Shown here in pieces: positions 25,041 to 37,190 of a stretch of DNA of 64,000 bases. The stretch covers positions 8,556,001-8,620,000 of the forward strand of contig NC_045705.1 of assembly GCF_009834535.1 (NCBI RefSeq). Direction: 5' to 3'. The first letter of the stretch is position 1, and every line of letters starts with the position of its first letter. The DNA is from Camelus ferus. Lineage: Eukaryota. A program made the position numbers and the translations under genes. The notes beneath the pieces are model-generated. The model was not told the DNA's origin and searched no databases. It was given only the letters and a program-made list of their open reading frames with translations.

Positions 25041-26004
25041 TTATTTTTATTAAAGAGCTTAAAAAAAAAAAAAGAATGTCACAGCCTAGTCGGGGGACAG
25101 ATACTGCCTTCATAACTGCCGTACAGTGGAGGCCCAAGGAGGAGGAGATTGGCTCTGCCGTGGGGATCTGGGTGGAAGATGCTTGAGCTGCATCTTGAGA
25201 AATGAGGAGGCGTTCAACAAGTGAACAAGCTGGTGGAGTCGGGAGAGAACACAGTAGCTGGGACGGGGCATTTAAGATGAGAGATACCCATAGGTATAAA
25301 GTTTACGGCGGTGTTATGCAAAGGGCAGATCCATGATGAGATAAGGAATTCGCCCCAGCCCTGCTTCCTTCCATAAGGAAGTCTACGGATAAACAAACTG
25401 TCTTCTGAAACTAAACTTGTGTGTTTACTGACCATTGATTACATCCTGGCACAAGCTCCTCTATGGAATCAGTAACATATGGTTTGTAGGCAGGCAGCTG
25501 GTCTACAGACCACACCATGCTCTACAGTTTACCAGGGGCATTCACACAAACGCAAGGGGTTTTTGCCCCCTCAGAAAAAAAACCCTATGAGGTTGGCAGG
25601 GCCAGTATCCACATATCCATTTTACAGGATAGAAGTTTAAACTCAGAGAGATTAACTTTCAAGTCTCACAGCAGGTCAGCAGTGAGAACCAGATGCAAAG
25701 CCGGGAGTCCACTCCCAGCCCTCCCCTCTTCTAGGTCACGTAGGAAAGCACCCTGACTCGTGGGATGGCTTCATGGCCAGCACGTCCCTAGAAACAAGTG
25801 TCAGAAAGCGAATCTGGTTTAGATGGATCATGTGTGTGACCTCATATGGCATCTCTCATGTTCCCCTGTCTCATCTTACTGTCGTATCATAAATAGAGGC
25901 AGAATGATTCTTCCTTTCCATCCACCCACCCTGGAGCCACCGCCACCTGCCATCCCCGGGAGGGCTTCCTCCAGCTCAGCCCTCTGCTTGACTGCTTGAC
26001 ATTT

Positions 26005-26359
26005 TGTTGCAGCAAAGTGTGTTACAGCTCAGGTTTATTACTCCAGCGGGCCCAGAGGAGTTAACATTCCAAGCTCTGGACCCTGTCTGTAGGTTTACAC
26101 AGGCTTTTATAGGTTACCAGTCTAGACTTTGCAACATTTTGCAACATCATATGCAAATAAGGTATAACAAATGGACCAATCAGGAGTGATAGAAATGGAC
26201 CAATCAGGAGTGATAGAAATGGATCAATCAAGAGTGAGCTTAGGGAACCAATAGAATCTTAGGGGTAAGTTTCACTTTCCTAGAAGTAAGCCATTTCAGA
26301 GTTAAAAAGCAGCCCTGCCTGGGGGTCTTGCCGTCTTTTTCATGGGGCTTCTCACCTCA
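26005..26359 (-). mobile_element. ERV solo LTR with a tandemly amplified CCAAT unit
   Basis: On the minus strand: TG...CA termini, CCAAT cluster, TATAAAAG (26104-26111), AATAAA (26034-26039). Imperfect 4-bp TSD attt/actt. Confidence 0.75.
26169..26237. repeat. 24-bp tandem repeat (aaatggaccaatcaggagtgatag) x ~2.9
   Basis: Seen directly; the first two units are identical. Confidence 0.95.
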
Positions 26360-27019
26360 ACTTAACTACCTAAAAGGGCTCCACGTTGGCCCATGGGAGA
26401 GATTATCTCATAGATACAGCAGGCATCTTCTGAAAATAGGCTTAACTTTCCACAGAGGCCATTGTGGACATGTTGTTCTTGCCCTGGCCAGGTGGGCCAT
26501 GGTACTATGGTGAGCTATCTTGTCTCTTCCCTTAGAACACAGCTCCCTGGGCAGAGCCTTCATTTTCCCAGGTGAAAAAGCCAAGAGCAAGTGGAGACAG
26601 CTACAGGAAAAATCATCCGGGCCAGGAGAGAAGGGACCCTCTAGCCCTCTGGAACAATAAATCTACTTTTATGATCTGGCCATTCCTCCAAACAGCAAGC
26701 TAGTCCAGGGGTCCAGGTCTGTGGTGTCCACAGCCATCCAACTGTGGGAACATTCTAACTCTGAAGTGAGCTACAGAGGGTCAATGGCTCTAACACCCAG
26801 CCTCCTGGAACACAGCCGTGTGTCCTGTCCTGGAGGGGCTCCTGACTGGAAAATGGGCTCAGGCAGGGCATCTCCTATCTGCCTAACCTCAGCTAGGGAG
26901 CAGTCTGGGTCTCCAGAGTCCTAGAAGCTGAGTCTGGGATGTCAGGAGGACAAAGAAGTAAATTTTTAGGGAGAGCCTTGCTGTGTGCCATACATCTTCA
27001 CCTGGAGTGAAGTACCTTC

Positions 27020-27065
27020 TATTTCAGAATATGGGACTTTGCCTGGAGTCCCATATTCTGAAATA
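27020..27065. repeat. Perfect 19-bp inverted repeat with an 8-nt loop
   Basis: tatttcagaatatgggact-ttgcctgg-agtcccatattctgaaata. Confidence 0.95.
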
Positions 27066-30000
27066 ATATAAAAGAGAAAGAAAAAGAATACTGGATGGCA
27101 GTTAGGAAGCTGTCCTGATCTGAACACCAACTCTGCTTTGACCAACCAGGGAAAATCCCTTAACCTGTCCGAGCGTCTGCTTTCTGCTGTATAAATCGGG
27201 AATGCAATTAACAGTCACAGCTGCCTCGGGACTGGGAGACAATCTCAATCAATGCCAAAGGCTGTGGGGAGGCATTTGACTCCAGCTGGCCATCCACCCC
27301 CCTGGCCACCACACCTGCCATGTTATTTACCTCTCTATTCTGTTTGCTTAGATCCATATATATAATGATTCATCCTTTCCCTCTTTCATTTAGAACAACC
27401 TTATATGACCTTCCCTTACTGAGAAGCTTCTATCTTCATTCAGCTGTGACCATCTTGAAGTCAGGGTTCTCACCTTGTTTGTGATCACAGGACCTCCCTG
27501 ACCCAGTAAGTGTCTGCTGAGTGAATGATATTTTCCCCCACAGAACCCCCATGACTCCAAAGTATTTCTTTTATATTTAACATGCAGTTACCTTAAGCTC
27601 ACTGTATACCAGGCATTATTCTGAGCATTAAACATGTATTAACTCATTTAGTAGGTATTGTTACATACATCTTAGGTACTAAAGTCTATGTTTGACGGCT
27701 CCAATAGCTGGATCTCTCATTGGTCTATTTCTCTTGTCAGTTTGTTCTTGATTCCTGGTTTGTCTAATGATTTGGGACTGAATGCTAGTAATTGTGCATG
27801 GAAAATGGTAGAGGTCGTTCAATGGGGTTATCTTTCTCCAAGAGAGGGTTTACTACTTCTTCTGAAGGCAGTTAGGATAGAAGCAGATCCGGTTAAGAGA
27901 TGCTGAGATTAAGCTGACTCTAAGCTGTGCCTCAATCTGTGATGACTGGGGTTTCCAGTTCATCTTTGTTCCTTGGGTGTTAGCTTTCAATATGTTTATT
28001 AGGGTCTCTCCACCCTGGGGACAGCTAATTCCAATTTTTAACTTCCCAAACCTGGATGACTGCTGAAGCCCTGCTCAACCTCTCAGCTCCTTAGCTGCCA
28101 TTTACTGCTCCTGGCCTCTTGGCTGCTGCTAGAAACCAGGGAATAATGATTAGGGGAAAACTGGTTCCAAGTGCTGGACTACCTTCTCTTTTGCCTTCTC
28201 TTTGGATTTTGACCATTTGAGTCCTAACTTCCCTGTTCCTGCCAATACCTTTTAAAAATAATACTTCTTATATAATTTTTAAAATATATATTTATGTAAG
28301 GATACATGTATACATGCAATGTGCTCTTAAATGGATATATTTATTGTATCTTAAATATATATAGTTCTGCTTTTATCATTTTTCTTAGCAAGAGGGTTAT
28401 TCTGATACAAGCTAGTCCACCAGAGTCGGAAAATGAAATACCTTCCTCATGCATTACGTGAGGAAACTGAGGCACAGGAATGTTAAGTAACCTGCCAGAT
28501 TACTATGCTTAAGTGAAACGCGTACTCATTTATTTTAAAAAATATATTTATGAAGCACGCACCATGTATTAGACAGTCTTGGGCATTGAGGATACAAAAT
28601 TAATAAGCCAAGTCCTTGTAGTCCAAGATCTCAGGAGCGAGTGGACATGACTTATAACTCAGGGTAGCCAGAGCAAGTACTGGGGAAGTGGCAGGTGCTC
28701 CCGGCTCAGGCAAGGGTTTATCGTGCTGACCTGTACTTGTTTCTCTACAGACATTTCTCTCGTAGTATTCAGTGAACTTCTTGTGATCAGAGTCTGAGAC
28801 TCATCCATTCACTTCTCACCCCCTAGTGCCCAACACAGTGCCTGGAATGAGGCAGTTACTCCATTAACAATATTCCTTGAATTGAGTTGAATTAACTCTC
28901 AAGCAGGGAGGAAGGGAACCAGGATAGCATGGAGGCCATAAGGTAACAGAGCTCATCTGAGCCTGGCAGTCAGGAAGCCCTGGTCCCCCTACTCTGCCAG
29001 TGACTCTCTGTGTGAACATGGCAGGTCACCTCCCCATCTGGGCCTGGGTCCCCATCTGCAGGTTGGAGAGATTAGACTTGACAGCGCCTGAAGTCTCTTC
29101 TAGAGACACGTCCCTGTGGCTGAGTGCGTCCGCACAGAGGATGAATGACCACAGCTCACCCCGTTGTGTCCCCGTGTGCCCTCAGGGAGGCAGGACTGGG
29201 CCGGATGGTCTGTCAGACCAAACCAGGTGGCTGTTCGACTTCAGTCTCCCCTGCTTTCTTCCATGGAAAAACACTGAGTGAAAAGGTTTTCCCAAGCTCA
29301 CCAGACAAATGCCAGAAGTCTTCTTGTGCAGGACAAGCCGGCCAGAGACAGGAGTGGCGTGGGGAAACATTTTCTAGGTCCTCTTCCCCTGGGACCGGGT
29401 CCAGCCAGCCTGCATCCCAGTACGGAGCTGACTTTCCTATTTGAGAAAATGGCATTGTCTCTACGACAGGCCCAGGGCTCATCCTGGCTCAAGTAGGGGA
29501 AGGAAGCCAACTGCCTTGCCTCCTTTGGCTGAGGGCAGCTCCTCTTTCCAGACACCCATCTCTCCAGCACCCTGGGGTCTGGACATTGTCACCAAGGCAT
29601 CCAGAGACTCACCCTTGGCTGATTAGTAAGAGGGATCTGTACCCCCTGAGAGGACACCTGCCCCCAAAAGGATCTGTTGAAGCAAAGAAGCGTTGGCACA
29701 AGAGCAACAAGCGATGGTGTAGAGATCGGCCAGTGCGCCTCCCTTTATGTATGAAAACCTGGGTCCAGAGAGGACAGTGACTCTCTTGAGGCCACAGGAT
29801 TTGCAGGGTAAGGCAGAGACTTTAATGTCACAGTGAGACAGCTCGGCCGGCCCCCTGGGCTGGGAGCATGACTTGACTTCACCATTAAATCACACAACCA
29901 ACTTTGAGGCCCTTTTCTCATCCCGGGTCCTGCGTACAGCGGAGCCCACCGGCCAGCCAGCATCCCCAGGGCCGGGTTCTCTCCCAAACACTGGAGTCCG

Positions 30001-31439
30001 CTGGGGGCCGCGTTGGGGATCAGTGATGTACTTCCAAACAGACAACTCCAGGGGTGGGAGGAGGGAGAGGCGGCAGCCAGGGTTGTTTTTGTGGATTATG
30101 CAGTTACTGACCTAAATTTCATCTTGGGGGAGAAAAAAAAAGAGAGAGAGAAAGAACTGCCGCAGGTAACACTGACATGTCGCAGAAAGTGCTGAGGAGA
30201 TGAAACGCCTGGCTGGGGTCTTTGAAAATGTTGTCTGTTTTAATTGGATGTGTCTCTTCAGAACGAGCTGGTGGCAGGCCCATCACAGGCTGCTTTTAAT
30301 CAGTGGAATTCACATTTCTCCACTGCGTCTTCGCACAGAATAAAGAGCAATGGGGCAGGGGCCGAGGGGGAGGGGGAGGATGCGATTCCAATTTGAAATA
30401 TAATTTAGGAGAAGGATTTTATTTAAAATGGAATTGCCAGGCTCCATCTGCTTTATGCCTTCGTGAGGAGATTTTTCGAAAGAGAGAGAAAATGTTCTCT
30501 TGGAGCAAGAGCCCAGAGTGATCTTCTGACCCATTTTCTTCTCTTTTTCCAGAAGATTCTTGTGTGGGGCTAGGTCTTCCTTTCCAAGGTTCCCAGCAGC
30601 AGAATTCACTGTTCCCAGCCCAAGGGGGACAGGACAAGGGGGTGCCTGTGGCTCAGGGTGGGAAGGAGGAGTTGCAGGAGAGGCCAGGCCTTCCCTGCAG
30701 GGGCGGGGTTGGGGGTGGAGATGGGAGTGGAGAAGCCATTGGCCAGGGGAGTCATACCAGGGGCAGGGCCTGTGCCTCCCCCTTTAACCTTGGGACAGAG
30801 AATCTCTGACCAGATAGGGGGCCAGGGCTGCCCCTGCATTTATTTATTCACTCAACAAAGTTTGATTGGGCAAAGCTACACATTGCTAAGCACTAGAACC
30901 TTATATCCTTAAGGGTCCCCTTTCTGGCCATAGTTAGAAGTCTAGGTACCCCCAAGTTCATCTTGGGACCACCCTTGGAAGTACATCCAAAACTCGGGAA
31001 GGTCTCAGGACCAACAGAGGTACCTGGAGCCTGTGGAACACCCCGTGGACCGCCCCGCACTGTAGGCAGGCTCTAAGGTAGACCCACATCCTCAGGGCAG
31101 CCTCAGTGACGTTTGAGATAGAGAGACAGACGTAGGGAGGGTAAAGGGAGAGACATGAGATGGAGACAGCGTGTGCTGTGAGCTGCAGTGTCCAACCAAG
31201 GGCAGGGGAGACTATTTCAGGCCCGTTCCTGCAGCTTTCTCTGTAAGGGGGTGGGCGACAGAGTCGGGGTTGGGAATTGATACCTCCCTCGGGACTTCCC
31301 ATTTCTGGTTTAAGGATACTCAAACTGGATTCAGTCAATGGTCACTTAACCAGCACTCGTGGTGTGTCAGGGACCATACCAGACTCAGCGGCCCTTGCCC
31401 TTGAGGGGCTCACAGTGTAGTCGAGGGGGACGTTCCATT

Positions 31440-32545
31440 TCTTGTCTCTTAGAAACTTACTCTTGAGACCCATGCTAACGAGGAAATCCAAACAGCTCCT
31501 TGGAGAGGCCCTCAGAGAGAGGAACAGAGGTTCTAGAACAGGAGCCCCACCTGAGCTCCCAGACAACGGGCAGGATCAACACACGAGCCATGGGAGTGCG
31601 CCAGTCAAGCAGTGGGCCTCTTGTGGAGAAAAGGGAACCCTCCTACACTGTTGGTGGGAACGCAGTTTGGCGCAGCCATTATGGAGAACAGCATGGAGAT
31701 TCCTCAAAAGACTAAAAATAGATTGAGCAATCCCACTCCTGGGCATATATCCGGAGGGAACTCTAATATGAAAAGACACACACACACCAATGTTCACAGC
31801 AGCACTATGTACAATAGCCAAGACATGGAAGCAACCTAAATGTCCATCGGCAGATGACTGGATAAAGAAGCTGTAGTATATTTATACAATGGAGTACTAC
31901 TCAGCCATAGAAAAGAATGAAATAATACCATTGGCAGCAACGTGAATGGACCTGGAGATCGTCTAAGTGAAGTAAGCCAGAAAGAGAACAAAAAATACAG
32001 TATGGAATCACTCATATGTGGAATCTAAAAAAAAAAAAAAGAGAGAGAGACACAAATGAACTTGTTTACAAAACCAAAACAGACTCACAGACATAGTAAA
32101 CAAACTATGGTTATGGGGGAGGGGGAAGGGGGTGGAAAGGGACAAATTGGGAGTTCAAGATCTGCAGATACTACTACTGTGTATAAAATAGATAAACACG
32201 TTTCTACTGTATAGCACAGGGAACTATATTCAATATCTTGTAGTAACTTACAATGAAAAAGAATATGAAAAGGAATACACGTATGTGTCTGTATGACTGA
32301 ACTGTTACGCTGTACACCACAAACTGACACAACATTGTAAACTGACTATACTTCAATTAAAAAAAAAAAAAGTGGATGCTTCACTGCCATCAGGCGGCCC
32401 AGCTGACCCCGCATGGAGCAGAGAGGTGTGGTTTCTACAAGCCACGCCCCAGTTGCAGCTTCCAGAGCAAAGTTAATGATTGCTGTTGTCCAATGCACTA
32501 AGTTTTGGAGCAGTTTGTTATGTAGTGATAGATAACCCAAACAGA
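31440..32545 (+). mobile_element. MLT1-type LTR split by an L1 insertion
   Basis: 5' part cttggagaggccc...gagccatgggagtgcgcc; 3' end taagttttggagcagtttgttatgtagtgatagataacccaaaca. Confidence 0.7.
31622..32371 (+). mobile_element. Cetartiodactyl L1 3' fragment (ORF2 end plus 3' UTR plus poly(A))
   Basis: ORF 31442..31726 ends [32 protein letters not shown]; typical 3' UTR and poly(A). Confidence 0.92.
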
Positions 32546-32574
32546 AGGGAAGCCAGTGGAGCGGGAGTTTTTCA

Positions 32575-32766
32575 GCACAGCTTTCTGCAAAAGGCTAGAT
32601 GGTAAATAACTGGGGCCTAGCAGATCAAAGGGTCTCTGCTGTTGCAGTACAAAAGCAGTCATAGTCAATACGCAGACAAATGAGCATGGCTGCGTTTCAA
32701 TAAAACTGTATTTACAAAAACATGTGAAGAGCCATTCAGCTAGCTAACTGGAACTTGCCAGCTCCT
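32575..32766 (+). mobile_element. MER58-type hAT DNA transposon
   Basis: ggctagatggtaaata...gcagtcatagtcaatacg...gcatggctgcgtttcaataaaactgtatttacaaaaac. Confidence 0.75.
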
Positions 32767-34299
32767 GCAACAGAAGGTTTTAAGCAGCAGAGTGATCTGC
32801 TCTCATTTAGACCCAGAAGGCTGCTTCTGACTGCCACGTGGAGGGTGGACTATAGGGAACCAAGGCAGAAATGAGGCTGTCACCAGGTGAGAGAAGATGA
32901 CAGCTTGGCCTAGAGCTCTGCTGGTAGCAGTGGAAGGACCTCATTGGGGATCTCTGTTGGAGATCAGAGTACTACTGAGAACTACCAAGACAGCTAAGAA
33001 CCAATTGATCATTGCCTTGAGAGAAGTATGACAAAGGAAGCTATGGAAACTCAAAGCAGGAGCGTCCACTCTGAGGACGCAGGCATGCTTCCTGGAAGAG
33101 GCAGCTGCTGATTAGAAGCTAGTCAGGGGAAGAGCTGGAAGAATTATCTTCCCCACAAAGAGAGGAGAGAAGCAGTTCAAAATGGCTAAGCTGGAGGGAG
33201 TCAGAAGTTTCAGAGATAAATGATTATAGGAGATAAAGACTCTGGAGAGGGGGCAGGGGCTAGATCTGGGAGATCAGGGGGCCTTCCCCTGCAAGATCAA
33301 AGATGGACCCGCCTACTGGGAGTAAACCTGTGCTTTTCTTCTGAACTATGCTTCCCAGCGGTCCCCATGGCCACCTTCCCACCGTGAGTTTTGAAGCTTT
33401 CCCTGCAATGGGACCTCAGACTGTCGTCAGGAGCTCCGGCAGCACATGGAGGTCAGGTGCTGCCTGTGGCACCTGTTATGTACGGGCCAGATCCCAGGAA
33501 ACCTCATTGTCCACATTAGTAAAACGGCGGCGACAACCACCCCACAGAGTAGTCACGACGACCAAGTGGGAAAAGCATATGAAAATGCTTTGCAAATGCC
33601 ACAGAAACAGCAGGGTTTGTTAGGGTGACAGTGCTGAGTATTGAAACCCAGCATCCTGCCTCTCCTACAGGTTTCTTTTGTTGTTTTTTCCCTCCCACCA
33701 CCCTCACAACCCTTCCTCCTGATGTTTTCTGAGTTTTGGGGAGAGCCCTTTGTTCCTTGCTCTGAGGTTCTATGGGGACACGGCCACTTCACCCTGCTGA
33801 GAAGACAGTCCTGTCAGCTTTGTCCCTAAGATACCCAGGAACCAGCTTGGATGTTTCTCAAACAGCCTTGGAGGCATCTGACACAAGCTGCCTGGCCTGA
33901 GGGGTGGTCCCCTGCGCCATCTCCATGCCCCTCAGAGCCTTCCTCCTCCCGCAGCCAGCCTCAACAAGTCCTCCTGTTTTGTGCTCAGAGAAAGCGCTTT
34001 TCCCTGAGATGAGAAAACGTGGCCTTTGACTTGCTCACAGAGGTCACCATCCAGCCCTCCTCCTCTTGTTCCCTTTTCTTGGCAGCATTTCAGAAAACAT
34101 TTTCAGTCCAGTGGGTCAGTGCGGCACAGGGCTTTGACCACCCCCTGGAGGCAGTTTAGGCCTCAGTGTCACTGCACAATCTGCAGATGTTCTGGCTCAG
34201 CTCAGGGCCACAGTCTTGGGTTCAGCGCAGACTCCAGCCCCCAAGTCAATGTCACCGCACAGTGTCTGGGATAGCTGTTCATGTGGTCTGTAATGTGAA

Positions 34300-34355
34300 T
34301 GACACCCCCTGGGGTTGACAGTGTACAACCTGTGCAACTGTCCGTGACGGCCCTG
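34300..34355 (-). mobile_element. MER91-like hAT-Tip100 terminal remnant
   Basis: Reverse complement cagggccgtc...gttgcacaggttgtacactg...ccagggggtgtc. Confidence 0.5.
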
Positions 34356-34844
34356 CTAACTCATTCTTAACCGTGTGCTTTAGGGTAACTAGCAGAGTTC
34401 AGAATCTCACTACTCTTTTGAACTGATCTGACCTTCAGAGTCTGGCAACTGAGTGGTTCCAGGGGAGGATAAGGCATGGGCCTGACCTGGGTGCTATTTC
34501 CAGAACAGGTGCTTACAAGCTAAGGAACACAGCTAATCTCTTTAAGCTTCAGTTTGCTCATGCAGAAACAACAATACTTTATGGAATTGTTGTGAGAATA
34601 AATGTTTTACAAATAAAGCACATTTTATAAATAAAGAAAGGACACAGAGGTGGAGGGTCAGTGTGAACCCAGTGTTGACACCAAGCGGCATGTGAAAGGC
34701 ACTCCTTAAATCTTTGATTAATTGAGGAATTACAGCAGGCCTTCAGTTGGTGATTCATGGAAATTTCACTTTATGTAATTGTTAACGCTTTTCAAATTTC
34801 CAACCATGAGTGTGGATTAGTTTCCTTAATTTAAAAAATTCCAA

Positions 34845-34886
34845 GGGGCAGGATATAGCTCAGTGGCGGAGTGCCTGCTTAGCACA
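34845..34886 (+). mobile_element. 5'-half-only Vic-1/tRNA-Ala fragment ending in the anticodon loop
   Basis: ggggcaggatatagctcagtggcggagtgcctgcttagcac; no B box and no tail. Confidence 0.7.
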
Positions 34887-35654
34887 AATGCAGCCTTGAT
34901 GAGTGACCAGGAATGACCCAGATGCAGAAGGAGTAGGATGCTCTGGGAATGCAGGGGCAGGGCAGTTGGCTTTTTGATCCTGGGCATGTCACTAACCTCT
35001 CTTGATCTCAACATTTCTGTGAAATGAGAGGTCAGACCAGTTCGCTGGTGCTCCGTCCCGGCTACAGGCGAGAATCACCTAGAGCATGTAAAACAGTACC
35101 AAAACCCAAGCCTCACTTTGAATCAATCAACTCAGAATCAACTCAAGCTGACAGTATTTTTAAGGAACCCCAAGTAATTACAGCCAGTACTGCGGGTCCC
35201 TGGACCAGAAGCTTGCTAGGTTGCTGTCTGAGTTTTTCTCTGACAATACATCTTTCCAGTTGAGATAAGCCTCATACAGCCTTCCCTTTCATTTTTATTT
35301 TTCACTAGTAAAAATTTAACCTTATGAAACAAATCAAAAACCATCAAATGGCTTTTTTTTTAACCATTCACAATTAAAGTGGAAAGAGCGGTGGGAGAAA
35401 AAAATCCCACAATAACAGTGTTGTTTTCCTACGAGTAGTTCATCGCTACAGTCAATTTTCAGATGACAGAAGACGTAAGCCTGCTCATTCGGGAATATAA
35501 ATGGACGGGACCGTCACTCCAGACTGCTCGTGTCAGGGTTACATTGGTTTCTTACGAGTCCGGCAGACTTGGCAAGTCATTTATCAAACCAACAGCAATA
35601 AGCATGGTGCCCATCACAGTGACCAGGCCCATCTCAAACAGGCCTGGAGGAGAA

Positions 35655-36130
35655 CTGGCTGGGTTAGTCTCCAAACACCACAAACGGTGTGGCTTAAAAC
35701 AACAGAAGTGTACACTCTTACGGTTCTGGAGGTTGGACGTCCCATATCAAAGTTATCAGCCGACCACACGCTCTCCAAAGGGAAGGATCTATCAGATAAT
35801 CCATTCCAGGCCTGTCTCTTAGCTTCTGTTGTTGCTGGCAGCCCTCGGTGCTCCCAGGCTTTTGGGCACATCACCCCCATCTTCGTCATCACCTGGAGAC
35901 CTGCCCGTGTGTTGTCATGTTGTTTTCCCTCTGTGTGTCTGTCTCTCCTGCTCCTACGAGGACATCAGCTGTTGGATTAGGGCTCACCTAACAACCGCAT
36001 CTTAACTTGATTCCAATTACAAAGGCTCTATTTCCAAATAAAGTCACACGTACAGGTACCAAGTGTTAGAGCTTGGACACATCTTCTTGGGAGGGGCAGG
36101 GGGCAGAGGGGAGGCATAACTCAACCCTTA
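35655..36130 (-). mobile_element. MLT1-type solo LTR
   Basis: ggcttaaaacaacagaag...gctctatttccaaataaagtcacac...ataactcaaccc. Confidence 0.8.
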
Positions 36131-36650
36131 AAACTGACGAATGTGAGCAATTTGGTGAAAGCATTGGGCAATTTCAAAAAAGCATCAGTCTAAGCAGATG
36201 CTGACCTGAATCACCTGGTTCTTTGAATAAACTACTGAGCAAAATGATGAACTGACCGGATGACTTCAGTTTTCACAACAGACATGGTGATTAAAAAAAT
36301 AAAAATGCAAAAATGACAACAAAAATCTGACCCAGGTTGATATGTAAAAATCCAAACTGACAAGGTAGATAAATCATGGGAGGATTATGGGAGGAGCATT
36401 TTGATTTATGAAACTGTTTCACTACTTAGTCATATAGACCAATGCTTAGACATCGCTTTATAGTTTACAAATCACTTTCATACATACTGACTATCTCAGA
36501 TAATCTCAACAATTTAGACTGTGACTTAGACACTGTTAACCCATTTAACCAAGAGAGCGAACAGGCTTCCCTGGAAATAGGAGACCCAGCGCTCCTCACA
36601 GCCCAGGAGCTCCCTGCACCCCCAAAGCCCTTTACTGTTAAGGGTAAGCG

Positions 36651-36752
36651 CTCCTCCCTCCTGCACTGTTGGTGGGAATGCAGTTTGGTGCAGTCACTAT
36701 GGAAAACAGTATGGAGATTCCTCAAAACCCTAAAAAATCGACTTACCATATG
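36651..36752 (+). mobile_element. ~100-bp internal L1 ORF2 C-terminal fragment without a 3' UTR
   Basis: [33 protein letters not shown] within ORF 36442..36798. Confidence 0.85.
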
Positions 36753-37019
36753 TTCCTCTTACGCCTCTTTGGTCATCTTTCATCGCCTTGCAAAATGATC
36801 AGCACATAGTAGATACTCAATAAATATTTGTTGATTTTCTGAAAATCAAACTACTTGTTTTATGAGCCCTCAGTTTCCAATTTTTTCCATCATTGCTAGT
36901 GAGAGTGAAGAATTTTCCATTCAGCACCAAGTGTCAAAAACTTTTTTTCCTTTAAGAACAAGCATGTTGACAACATTGCCGCTAACATTTATTGACTACT
37001 TACTCTGGGCCAAGCACTA

Positions 37020-37190
37020 TTTTTTTAATTGAATTACAGTTGCTGTACAATATTATGTAAGTTACAGGTGGCAATATAGTGATTCACAATTTTAAAGGTT
37101 ATACTCTATTTATAGTTATTGTAAAATACTGGCTGTGTTCCCCATGTGGTACAATAGATCCTTGTCGTTTATTTTATACTTAATGTATTT
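37020..37190 (-). mobile_element. L1 3' end (L1MA-like)
   Basis: ttttttaattgaattacagttgctgtacaatattatgtaagttacagg. Confidence 0.75.

Noticed and set aside
26169-26237. CRISPR-like array
   Set aside because: Head-to-tail repeat with no spacers inside an LTR, in mammalian DNA.
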